Source: Eledone cirrhosa
Taxonomy: Eukaryota
Length of the DNA: 64,000 bases
Assembly (NCBI GenBank): GCA_964016885.1
Contig: OZ024742.1
Location: 217,620,001 to 217,684,000, forward strand
Direction of reading: 5' to 3'
The translations under genes and the position numbers were made by a program. A model generated the notes under the pieces. It made no database searches. It saw only the letters and a list, made by a program, of their open reading frames with translations, and was not told where the DNA came from. Position 1 is the first letter of the stretch. Every line of letters begins with the position of its first letter. Shown one piece after another: positions 1 through 11,125 of this stretch.

Positions 1-1300
1 CGTTTGGGGTTCCCACGTCCCAAGGAAAGCTCTCTTGAATTCCTTTGTAGCAATCGAGCGACATTTGAACCATAAACAAATCTGGCACGCAAAATGTGCT
101 CAATTGAAAAATCTCCCCCTCTGTTTTATTGATGCAGTTTTATTTGTTTGCGTTTGGGTGATTGTGGTGATGGTTTTGTTAGTGTTGTTTCGGGTGTGTC
201 TGTATTTGGCAGCAAAGGAGGTTTGCAGCCCCCTGCATTTTTGAGCGAGGGCAGAAGGCCCACAGGTGTGTTGCTTTGCCACAGATGAAGCAGTGTGGCC
301 TTCTTCCCTCGGTAAACAACTGAATTATTGACCCTGTCCTGCAAGCAGACATGGTCCGGGATATTATTTAGCTGTTCTGGTTTGATTTGAAGAATCTCCA
401 AATCCATCTTGGACCAGTCCTCTCTCTCATTCTTACTGACATGTATGAAGGTATTGTCAGTACCCTCCTTGACCATGCATCCCAGGAGTCACCATAGGTT
501 CAGTTCTGGTGAGATCCTGGGAATGCAGACCTTCACTGTTCTTTTGCCCATGGAGGACGGGTACATAATGATGTGTTCCATTCTGCAGGGGGCCACAGAG
601 TACTTAATAACAAGGGCCCCAATTTTGAATGGCACCGAGATGGTGCTGAACTGTCTGGCCCTTGCTTTGTATTCAATATCATCTTTGATGTATTTCAATG
701 CAGCCTCGACTTCTGCCTGGCTGGCAAGTTCCGCCTTGCGAGCGGCACTGAAATACATCGAAAATGCAACGTCCTCCTTTGCATTGCCACTATCGCTTCG
801 TCTGGGATGATTAGGTTGGCTCAGGATTTTTCACGTTTGATTAATTTCCACGCCTGGGCCAACTGTTGCTCTTGTCTGGGATGCCCAGGTAAGAAAATTT
901 TCTTGTTCCGGCAGTTGCTGCTGCAAATGTACTGTTGTCGTTCATTTTGTTGCTGCTCTCAATGTTGCTTTTGTTGTTGGTGTTGTTGTTGTCACTGTTG
1001 CAGTTGGTGTCAGCCTTGTTCCCAGTGCAGTTGCTGTTTTTGTTGTTGGAGATGGTGTTGTTGGTTGTGTTGTTCTTGGTGCAGTTGGTGTTGTTGTCGC
1101 TGTTGCCGCTGGTGTTGATGTTTTCAATTGTTACCTTTTTGCTGTTGTCGTTGTTTTTGTTGTTATTCGTTACATTATCCATAATGTTGGTGTTGGGGGG
1201 GGGGGGCTGTTGCTCCAAACATTTAAGAGGCTGTCACAGACAGCAGACTTCCAGTTGCTGGGCGTGTTTTTTTTTATACAAAAATTTAAAAAAATAAAAG
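1..1300 (-). mobile_element. Degraded ORF1 (gag-like) of an L1/Tx1-type LINE with an Asn-rich N-terminus
   Basis: Broken minus-strand ORFs 841-1218, 489-758 and 126-476; CX2CX4HX4C knuckle CFICGKATHLWAFC at 251-292(-); (CAA)n-rich coding stretch 940-1190. Confidence 0.6.
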
Positions 1301-1480
1301 ATTTCAAATATTTGAGCCAAAAGGTCCGAATATTATGGGGTCGCCTTTACACAGGTCAATGAATGGGACCTTATATACAGTTTGTGAAAAAAATATTTAA
1401 GAAATTCCACTTTGAAACAATTCAAAATAACCAACCTTCTGGATCTGATGTGAATATGTCTGTAGCAAATGAGCACCAAA

Positions 1481-1741
1481 ATAATAATTGTTTCTACTTT
1501 TGGCACAAGGCCAGCAATTACCCAAAATAATAATGGTTTCTTATATAGGTACAAGGCCAGCAATTTTGTGGGAGGGGAAAGTTGATTAAATCGACCCCAG
1601 TGCATGACTGGTACTTTATTTTATCAACCCCGTAAGGATGAAAGGCAAAGTTTACCTTGGCGGGATTTGAACTCAGATCATAAAGGGCCATAACTCTATG
1701 CTGCAAAGCATGGCGTCTGACCCTCTACCGTTGCTGCCAAT
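1481..1741 (-). mobile_element. tRNA-derived SINE
   Basis: Minus-strand A-box-like TGGCAGCAACGG, B-box GAGTTCAAATCCC (1662-1674), central GCCTTTCATCCTTACGGGGTTGATAAAATAAAGTACCAG, (ATT)n tail; several copies in the window. Confidence 0.75.
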
Positions 1742-1759
1742 CATAATAATAACAATAAG

Positions 1760-3467
1760 TCAGTTACTGCAGAGGACAGTCTATGGATATAAAATAGACA
1801 ACAGACACTACAATCACCTTCTTTATATGGATGATATCAAGCTATTTGGAAACAATGATGGGCAGCAGAAAGGTTTATTGCACACAGTGAAACAATTCAG
1901 TGATGACATCCATATAGAATTTGGACTGGGCAAGTGTGCAAAAGCCACATTAAAGAGAGTGTTGCTCTCTAACCATAAAGATATTGTCATAGATCAACAA
2001 ACTACCATAAAGGAACTTAACAATGAAGAGTTCTACAATTATCTTGGAGTTAATGAAGGAGATGGAATCCAGCATGAGAGTATAAAGGAAAAGATATAGA
2101 AGGAGTACATAAGGAGAGTGAGACTGGTAACAAAAAGTGAGCTAAACTCCTGCAACAAGTTCAAAGATATTAACAGTCTAGCAGTACTAGTGGCACCATA
2201 CAGCTTTAACATCATAAATTGGAACCTGCAAGAACTACACAGTTTGGACAGTAACACAAGGAAACTATTGACAACGGAAAAAATGCATCACCCAGAAGCT
2301 GATGTACATAGGCTGTATATCTCAAGGAGAGAAGGTGGAAGGGGGCTCCAACAACTGGAAGCTGCATAAAAACAGAAACCATTGGATATGATAGCTACCT
2401 CCACCACACCTGAGATGAACCTCTGATGCCTGTACTCAAGCATGAACGAATTAAGAAACTACACTCAATAACAAAAGAGGCAAGAAAATTTAGGCAAAAA
2501 CTTAACATGGAACAAGACATTCCCATAGAAAATCAACAACAGAGTGCTGCACAGCTAACCATGACTGCGAAGATCAAAGCAACTCCAAACAGAAGAACTA
2601 AACCATGAGTGGAAGGCAAAAACCATTACATGGTAGATTCTCAGAACGACTTTCTGACATTGATATCAATCAGCATGGCTCACTATCCTGGCTCAGAAGT
2701 GCTGGTTTGAAAGCAGAGACTGAAGGACCCTTAGTTGCTGCACAAGACTAATCTCTAAACACTCGGGCCTATAGACACAGAATAGTGAAAGATGGGACTA
2801 GCCCTCTATGCAGAATATGCTACAAACATGAAGAAACGGTAGATCATGTTATCTCTGGGTGTCCAGAGCTGGCAAAATCTGACCATATCAAAAGACACAA
2901 CTGCATTGCCAAATATGTGCACTGGATGCTCTGCCACTCTCATGACATCCAAACTTCTAACAAATGGTATGAACATCAACCAAAAAGAGTCATGGAAAAG
3001 GGCAACATATCCATCTTGTGGGATATGCTTATGATAACCGACCGAAAAATCACTACCAACAGGCCAGATATCACCATAAAAAACAAACCAAATCAGACAT
3101 GTAGCCCTATAGATATTTCCGTACCAGCTGACAAGAATACATCTATAAAAACGATGGAAAATCTGTCAAAATACAAAGACCTGGAAATAGAGATCAACCG
3201 CATATGGAGGGTGACCACAAACACTATCCCTGTGGTAATAAGAGCATTAGGATTAATACCCAAATCATCAGACCTGCACCTTAGCATCCTTCCCTGCAAG
3301 ATCAGAAAATATGAGCTACAGAAGACTGGGCTACTAGGAACAGCACACATTCTCAGATGAGTTCTCTCTCTACAATGAAAACATCTATTGCCCTAGGTTC
3401 AAAGCCTGAACCTGGCAATAGAGAAACAGAACTGAGCTAAACAAAATAACACAACAATAATAATAAT
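1760..3467 (+). mobile_element. 5'-truncated R4/Dong-like non-LTR retrotransposon (RT, CCHC, restriction-like endonuclease), with stops and frameshifts
   Basis: HLLYMDDIKL RT core; CRIC..EETVDHVISGC zinc motif, RHN, RPDITI, IDISVP and KYKDL RLE motifs; AAT-rich tail. Confidence 0.85.
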
Positions 3468-4080
3468 GTTTTCTTGATTAACCACAAGGGTTGACACAAA
3501 GCATAATATTAAGGGCAGCACAGGACAGTATAAATGGGCATTTCTGCTTTTAAAAATACAAAAATATAAAACAAAAACGAAGGATGTAACAAAAAAAATC
3601 TCCAATAGAAGGGAGACTTCCGAGGGTCACTTGTGGAGAAGGGGGTGGGTGATCCATCCCTCCAACCAGTGGTGGGTTTCTCCACAAGAATGTCAGTGTA
3701 TATTCCCTTGATAGGCTCCAATTGCCACGGGGAATTTTTTCTTTAGTGGGGGCATTCACCATGGTAAACATTGGTAGAGCTTTGTTTTCACAAGACAATT
3801 TTTGGTCGCTGCTGCTGCTGTTATTGTTTTCAGAATTGTGACCGTTCCACTCTATGGTGAGCCCGCCATTCCGTTTAACGTGCGCAATATTTGTGTCTGT
3901 CATCTTAATTTTCTCAGAAAATTAAGAGGACTGTTTCAAAAACAAACACAGATTTGGACCCTAAGGGCTAAATGAACCGGCTCAAGGATACTGGCTTACT
4001 TAGCTTCAAAACATTATCAAAATTTCAGTGAAAATAGAACAAACTTACAGGAGCGAAGTGACCGCGTCTTGACAGACTGA
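3468..4080 (-). mobile_element. Probable internally deleted LINE-like repeat (5' end and ORF1-like start joined to a 3' end)
   Basis: Short Asn/Ser-rich ORF 3550-3903(-) followed by a T-rich 3' region ending at an ATT tract; family assignment uncertain. Confidence 0.3.
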
Positions 4081-4470
4081 ATCATAATAATTGTTTCTAC
4101 TTTAGGCACAAGGCCAGCAATTACCCAGTGCATTACTGGTACTTTCTATGACTGAATCATAATAATAATAATTGTTCCTACTTTGGACATAAGGCCAGCA
4201 AATACCTAGTATATTACTGGTACTTTATTTTATCGACCTCGTAAGGATGAAAGGCAAAATTAACCTCGGCGGGATTTGAACTCAGAATGGCAAGGGCCAT
4301 AACTCTATGCGTCAAAGCATGGCGTCCGCCCCGCTACTCGACATAAGTGCATTACTGGTGCTTTATTTATCGACCTCGGAAGGATGAAAGGCAAAGCAAA
4401 CCTCGGTAGGATTTGAACTCAGAACGCAAAGGGCCGTAACTCTATGACACGAAGTAGTGTGTCCAACGCT
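4081..4470 (-). mobile_element. Cluster of three partial or tandem copies of the same SINE
   Basis: Repeated aattgtttctactt..ggcacaaggccagcaat tail and gtaaggatgaaaggcaaa..gggatttgaactcag blocks matching 1481-1741. Confidence 0.75.
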
Positions 4471-4720
4471 TTAACCGGATGTTCAATTCATTCTGCTTTG
4501 AACGTTTTTGTGTCTGTGAATTCAAACGAATTGTATCCACCTATCGAATAATCTGTTTAGTATGAACTTATTATAACCTAGTTATATTTATTTACTATTA
4601 TATATATAAAGAAATACTGTAGTATAAAGACAAAGAGAATACTGGTAAATATTCTCTATTCAACACTACGTACATCTACTATCTCTGGTTTCCCAACAAT
4701 AGCTGTGATTTATACAAGGT
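4471..4720 (+). promoter_or_regulatory. Putative promoter and non-coding exon 1 of ZNF paralog 1
   Basis: Block repeated five times in the window; ETS-like AACCGGATGT at 4473-4482; donor-like AAG|GTATTT with GT at 4719-4720. Confidence 0.55.
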
Positions 4721-5331
4721 ATTTATTTATTTTAAAGTTGTTTTCTTTATTCAATAGTCTTTTTCTTCTTCTTTGGGGTATTATCGATGGCAAATGAATC
4801 TTCTTTGTAATAAAATGAAAGTAAACCAACCGATCCGATGTACCGGATGTTTTGATTAAATGATTGTAAATAATGAAGTGAATGAAAAAAAAAGGTGGAG
4901 TTTCAAAATTAGTTAGTATTCCACATAAATGACCAGAATATTTAAAAAAATGTATTTTTATATTTTTCAATTCTACATTTTGAACATGGACATTTACGAT
5001 CCTCCCCAAATATCTCAATTCCTGGCAATTTCTTTCTTTTTTGTTTTTTTTTTGTTTTGCGCTATTAATTATATCAAGAGTCCATGAAGGCTTGTGTGTT
5101 AGTTATTTAGAAATAGCAAGTGGGAGAGCTGTTGTCTGGTGTGTCAGAGCTTTAGCTGCTATTTCTAGTAAGTTGATGTTCCACGTAGCTATTCATTTGT
5201 TCAGAAAAGCTTCAATAGTAATAAAATTAAAATAAACTGTTTAAATGTATTACAATAATTTTCTTTAATCTTTATCAAACAAATAATAATAAAAAATGAG
5301 CAAAAACAAGAAAAGAAAAACCTTTCTTTAA

Positions 5332-6400
5332 CCCTTAATGTATATTATACCTGGAAGTTTTTTTATATCAATTGCTGGAAATGTTCAAGATTATGCGGAT
5401 AGGAATTTTCAAGAGGATGCAGAGGTTCGCTTCACACTGTTCGCGTCCTGTTTTTAGTTCCCTTCTAATGTTTTGTTTGGAACACTGTTTACAAGTTTCA
5501 CCCCCATGTCTACAGGTCAGTGCATAACACCCTGAACCCGGGGAACTTCTTCCAGGAACCTTTTTCTTTTATAAGAATAGTCACTGATTAGTTGATGGGA
5601 CAGATTCATTCTGAAAACCAACTGAGTATATTTTTGTTCTTGCCTTTTTAGACAGGAGCTTGTGATTTGGTAACTCTTTCATCAGCACAAACGATGAACA
5701 TATAACCACATCAACAATGAAAAAAAACATATTTCCATCATATGTAAGACTCCCTTCCAATGCAGTAAGTAGCTCTCAACTGGTCTGCATGGTCCACACC
5801 AGTATAATTTTTTATTCCTCTTGGGCATGAAACATTGCGGTGCTCCCTTGACTTTTGTTAAGTCATTTGGACTGGCATTGGTTGTCAGCGGTATTACGGT
5901 CTTGCCACCAGGTTTCTCTTTTGTTTTTGAATTAAGTCACCTTATTTTTTCAATTTGGCTGCGGTGATAGCTTTTGGCATGCCTCTTCTAAGTTTAAGTA
6001 CTGTCTCGTAAGCTTAAGTCCCATTCTGTAGAAGTTCCTCATAAGAGTTTTACAAACAAAAAAGAATTATCACAATTCACATAGGGATTTTGCCTTCATG
6101 TCTCTTGTGAAGTCTTTCACAACTCTTTCTCCAAGTCCTTGTTTGGGCTGATTTTTGTTGTATAAACTTAGAAGACGTTCACATAACTATTGTGGGGATC
6201 AGCTCAACACTTTTATCCCATGTTTTTTAGTCTTCAATGGAGTGAACTGTTTAAAGGCAAGGTGTCTGGTGAAAGCAATCAAATCTTAATCAATAGTTGT
6301 TTTACAGTATAGGTTATACTGCGATTTCAAATTTTGGCATGTCTGTTCAATAAAAGACAATTCTGTCATGGCTAGGAAAGCCACAGGCTGGATTCTAAGT
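5332..6400 (-). mobile_element. piggyBac transposase relic
   Basis: Minus-strand fragments TID*DLIAFTRHLAFKQFTPLKTKKHGIK, GVDHADQLRATY..WKYVF and a Cys-rich C-terminus CKQCSKQ; TTAA-CCCTT terminus at 5328-5336; other end not found. Confidence 0.75.
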
Positions 6401-6609
6401 GACATGAGAAATATGGAAATATTGAGTTAGTTTACTAATCTCCTCCTCCTACTCCTCCTGATTAGTTCAAACTAAGCATAGCTTCCTACTCATTAAACAT
6501 TTTACATCAGAACTGAACACATTCCAAAATATGACTCTAGGTGGGATCTGCAAAACAAAGACTACAGGTGGGATTTGAATCTGAATGAATTTTAACATCA
6601 TGAGTACTG

Positions 6610-6990
6610 AAGGTCACTTTTCACCCTTACCTATGGTCATGAATCTTGGGTAATGTCCTAAAGAATTCAAGTAGTTGAAATGGAATTCCTCTGAAGGGTC
6701 TCTGGAGTAACGTTACTGGGAGTCAATCTAGATGGAGCTTCTTCTAAGCATTAAGAGATAATAACTCTGCTACTATGCAAATGTGATTAGAATGTTGAAG
6801 AAAAGAATCACTGGTTAGATTTCACAGGCATCGCCATTTGGGAGGAGACCCAGAGGTTGACTACAAGCAAGATAGTTGGATAACATCCATAAACTTGGTT
6901 ACAGATGGTTGTTTCTGATAGGACCCTCTGTAAGAATGTCTCAGAACCTTGTTCCCACAGCTCTCTCAAATATTTGTGGGCAAAGGAGAT
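6610..6990 (+). mobile_element. RTE-clade LINE 3' fragment, also present in the introns of paralogs 2 (~18050-18400) and 4 (~48230-48570)
   Basis: LTYGHESWVM...EMEFL*RVSGVTL similar to the fuller copy at 13040-13850. Confidence 0.65.
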
Positions 6991-7599
6991 GACTGTATTA
7001 TATATTTCCTATTGTTTACCACAAAATGAACGAAATCATTTTTTAGAGAAGACATGGGCTCCATAAGCCACAGAGAAGGTGCCCTCTCTAGAAGAGCATT
7101 AACTTGAGGAAAATAAAATTGTAAAGGGTAGATGCAGAGATTTTTTACCTCAGGAAAGGCAATACATCAAGGAGATTAGTTATTCCAAATGAAGAAGACT
7201 GCATGGGCTAGATGAGGACACAGTTAGTCATAGAGAAGACAACCAATCAAGGAGCAGTTGCTCTGGAGTAAAACTGATACAGAGTAGAAAGAAATATTAA
7301 CTCCTAACAGACAGCCTCTCTAGTGCTGGTGGCATGATACAATGCACCCAGTCCAAGTTGTAAAGTGGTTACTGATAGGAAGGGCACACAGCCAAAAACC
7401 TACCAAAAAAGAAAATATGATTAGCATCATATATAGTATTAAAAATAATTGCATATACTGGGTTACATTAACCATGTTAGTGCTGCACAATGTAGTGAGG
7501 TGGCTGTTCTAGCCAAGTGGAAGATCCCTTTGATTGTCAAGAGGCAATTGCACATTCCCTTTCGTTTACAGAGAGCTATTAACTAAATGACCCAAGCAC

Positions 7600-7920
7600 T
7601 GAGGGCCTTCCTGCTTTTGAAAGGTAACCCAGTTAAGGGCTGCCACACTCAGCATTGGCACATTGAAAGAGAGATGGAGTGAAATTGTGGAGATACTTGA
7701 TAGGAGACAAGTAGAGGTGAAACGCAGGGGTGCATCAGACAGACTCCTACACAGGAAAATGGTTTAGATACAATCTCTTTCAGATAGAAAATGATAATGT
7801 GGTAGGTGGAGTAGGCATTTTACTAACAAGTGAATATACAAAATAATTGAGGTAGTTACAATAATTGACAGAATTATCAAGCTGGAATAGTCATAGATAA
7901 TAGAACACCTAGAATTAAGT
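7600..7920 (+). mobile_element. RTE-type APE endonuclease fragment, also at ~18940-19280 and ~49030-49240
   Basis: SEIVEILDRRQV and GVGILL motifs of the LINE endonuclease N-terminus. Confidence 0.55.
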
Positions 7921-8480
7921 GATACAAATTTTCAACAGGTAGGGAGGCATAAACATTACCAGTTTCCAAAGAATACTGGGTTTATTTTAATCTGGTACCA
8001 AAACTATGAACATTGCATCCTCTATCAGGTAGATTCATTAAGAGAAGTGGCTAGAAAGATGGGGCATGGCAGAAGTGGAATTGGGGGAGCAATGGCATCT
8101 ATATGTTGCTTGCTGAGAGAGTCACTACAGCATGGTCAGACTCTGATGATTGATAATAGTAACAAAATAAAAGAATGTTTCATTTCTAGAGTCTGAAGCT
8201 CCATCAATGTTGCATCTTTCAGGAAAAGTAAATTTCAGTCGTTCAGTTAAATGTTTATATTTACAGTTAATCAATATAGAAATGTAACATTTCCACAGTT
8301 GAATATCTATATTTAAATTACCCTGTATATCTTATACTGTTTCTTTATTGTTTCAGAGTATCAGATGATACTGGTATTAAAGAATTCTTTACATCAGATA
8401 CATCATCAATATTTTTGAAGACTATAGGAAGACATTATACAAAACAGATATAAACGAAGGGAGTTAAAAAAAGAGAAATT

Positions 8481-9758
8481 ATGGAAAATCAATTACAGGA
8501 GAAAGAGGTTGAGATTAAAATGGAGCCTGAAAGAAATGATTTTCTTGATGAGGGTCTGAAAGAGATAGAAGAAACATCATACCATTGTAATGTCTCTTGT
8601 AAACCATTCTCCAAAGGATATCAATTCACTTCTAACAAACATATTCATACAGGAGAGAAGCGATATCACTGTCTCATCTGTGGGAAATCATTCTCTCAAA
8701 ATGGTGACTTAACCAAACACATACGTATTCATACAGGAGAGAAGCCATATCACTGTGTCATCTGTAGTAAATCATTCTCTCAAAATGGTGATTTAACTCA
8801 ACACATACGTATTCATACAGGGGAGAAGCCATATCACTGTAATACATGTGGTAAATCATTCTCTCAAAATCATGCACTAAATAAACACATACGTATTCAT
8901 ACAGGAGAGAAGCCATATCACTGTGATATGTGTGGTAAATCATTTTCTCGAAATAATGTATTAACTAGGCATAAACATATTCATACAAGTGTGAAGCAGT
9001 TTCACTGTGATATTTGTGGTAAATCATTTTCTGAAAGACATAACTTAAATCTTCATAAACGTTTACATACAGGAGAAAGGCCATATCACTGTGATATCTG
9101 TGGTAAATCATTTTCTCAAAATTGTATATTCACTCGACACAAACGTATTCATACAGGTGAGAAGCCATATCACTGTGATATCTGTGGTAGGACATTCTCT
9201 CGAAATGGAATCTTAGCTAAACACAAACGTGTTCATACAGGTGAGAAACCATATCAGTGTGATATTTGTGGGAGATCATTTTCTGGAAAAAGTGATGTCA
9301 CTAAACACAAACGTGTTCATACAGGAGAGAAGAAATATCTCTGTGATATCTGTGGTAAATCATTCTCTTATACCAATGCTTTATATAGACATAAACGCAT
9401 TCATACTGGAGAGAAGCCATATCTCTGTGTCTTTTGTGGTAAATCATTCTCTGATAACACTCACTTAACAAATCACATACGTACTCATACAGGTGAGAAG
9501 CCATATCAGTGTGGAATGTGTGGTAAATCTTTTGCAAAAAAGAGTGATTTAAATGTCCACAAACGTAGTCATACCGGAGAGAAGCCATACCACTGTGATA
9601 TCTGTGATAGATCATTCTCTAAAAATGGAACTTTAACTAAACACAAGCATACTCATACAGTAGAAAAACCACATCACTGTGATGCCTGTGGTAAATCATT
9701 CTCTGATTACAGTGACCTAACTAAACACAAGCATATTCATACTACAAATGAGCTTTGA
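8481..9758 (+). CDS. C2H2 zinc-finger protein, paralog 1 (33-aa acidic leader, 1 degenerate and 13 intact fingers)
   Basis: 425-aa ORF = 33 + 14x28 aa with CxxC-12-HxxxH units and TGEKP linkers; splice acceptor tttattgtttcAG at 8355-8356 just upstream. Confidence 0.95.
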   Translation: MENQLQEKEVEIKMEPERNDFLDEGLKEIEETSYHCNVSCKPFSKGYQFTSNKHIHTGEKRYHCLICGKSFSQNGDLTKHIRIHTGEKPYHCVICSKSFSQNGDLTQHIRIHTGEKPYHCNTCGKSFSQNHALNKHIRIHTGEKPYHCDMCGKSFSRNNVLTRHKHIHTSVKQFHCDICGKSFSERHNLNLHKRLHTGERPYHCDICGKSFSQNCIFTRHKRIHTGEKPYHCDICGRTFSRNGILAKHKRVHTGEKPYQCDICGRSFSGKSDVTKHKRVHTGEKKYLCDICGKSFSYTNALYRHKRIHTGEKPYLCVFCGKSFSDNTHLTNHIRTHTGEKPYQCGMCGKSFAKKSDLNVHKRSHTGEKPYHCDICDRSFSKNGTLTKHKHTHTVEKPHHCDACGKSFSDYSDLTKHKHIHTTNEL

Positions 9759-10329
9759 AATCAAATATCATAATCACAAGTTACTCATACAGAAGAGAGG
9801 TTTTATCCAAGGCCATCTTAACAGCATTATAGGCCCCCCGGGCAAAGCAGAGCAGTGGCGCCCCTACCTACACAACCACTCACAGGAATAAAAATACAAA
9901 TGATCAATATAATTAAAGATATATTCATTGTATTGATATTTCCAACGAAATCAGTGTTTATACATTAAAAACACGTGGTACATCAAAGATTAATTAACAC
10001 AAACGTTTGAACAATATAACATGAGCCTTGAAAAACACAAAATTTCAGCACAAATGAATTCAATTTGTAAAACATACAGACAGAGATCGCGCAGTATCAA
10101 ATTACGATGAACTATTTATTATTAATCAGGTTGTCAATACAAATATTTGCGAAATTTCTTTGAAGAGAATTGCTTTATAATTGGCTTGAAGTCAATGGTT
10201 TTCAGGATTTCATTTTCCATACACGAGTGAAAAAAGCCAGTTCAAACGCTGCTGTCCAATTGTGCTGTGAAGCTGATTTTTTATAAGTCTCAGTCTTGAA
10301 AATGAACGTTCTCCTCCACAGTCTTGGAA

Positions 10330-10768
10330 ATTGTTTTATACTGAACATAATATTTACGGTAAAAAATGCTTGCATTTCCGCAGCATCTGTTGGTCGCCAA
10401 ACAGATCGGGTTTTCCTTGATTTGAAATCTGTTGTTGGGCATATCGATTAATCTCTTCTGCCTCAACTTCGAAGAAAGTTTGTGGTAAAAACAAAAATAA
10501 ATAATCCAGTGCTTTAGCATCGGGAGCTAATGTGTGTTGTGGACCAGTAATTTGAATAAAATCGGGAACATATAATAGTGTGGTATTTTTCAACCACGTT
10601 GCTGTAATATTTTCAATGGCGTCCTGGAGACCTCCTTCGTTTTCACTTTCAAAACAATCATCGCCGGACGAAATTTCAGAAATATAAACATCAGATTCAT
10701 TTGAAGATAAATCACGAATATTATCGTTTGTTTCTTGTTTATTCTGAATGTCGTCGTGTGTAAAGGGG
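10330..10768 (-). mobile_element. piggyBac 5' end and transposase N-terminus nested in the hAT
   Basis: TTAA at 10769-10772 then CCCCTTTA on minus; acidic N-terminus then PDF..TGP...LDYLFLFL...EEINRYAQQ. Confidence 0.7.
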
Positions 10769-10914
10769 TTAAACCAAATATTCGCTGGGGGTCGCCATTC
10801 AAATCTTACCAAACAAAAAACTGTAATGGTATTATGATGCTCAATTGCCACAGAAACTGAATGTTCTAATTAAACATTTTTTATTATGTAGGGAATTTTT
10901 TTATAAAAAAAAAT

Positions 10915-11125
10915 GTTGTTGTGGCCGGTATTATGAGGTTATAATTAATATATTTATTATAACAAATATTTTAAAAAGTGGCCGGTGTATGGTTTGAAGG
11001 AGTGACCGGTTTTGTAAAGAAAAATTATATTAATTTTAACACCATTTTGCCAGGACTTTTTAAAACAACTGCTTTAGAGAGGTGGTCGGTTTTATGATGG
11101 ACCGGTTTGGAGAGATCTTACTGTA
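10915..11125 (-). mobile_element. pogo/Tigger-like MITE terminus nested in the hAT
   Basis: Minus-strand TA-CAGTAAGATCTC terminus with repeated GTGGCCGGT/GTGACCGGT subterminal motifs. Confidence 0.4.

Noticed and set aside
573-1297. Cys-rich and Leu-rich plus-strand ORFs (573-1118, 935-1297)
   Set aside because: Antisense shadows of the (CAA)n/Asn-rich LINE ORF1 region
8758-9615. Repetitive antisense or alternative-frame ORFs (MIYHRYHS...) over the ZNF genes, also at 20442-20816 and 49697-50683
   Set aside because: By-products of the 84-bp finger periodicity; no independent coding evidence
8481-9758. CRISPR-like array suggested by regular repeats with variable spacers
   Set aside because: The 84-bp period is in-frame C2H2 finger coding in a eukaryotic context with no cas genes
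9756-9773. Stop-codon read-through by A-to-I editing of TGA into relic fingers
   Set aside because: An in-frame TAA follows within five codons in paralog 1 and the relics are frameshifted
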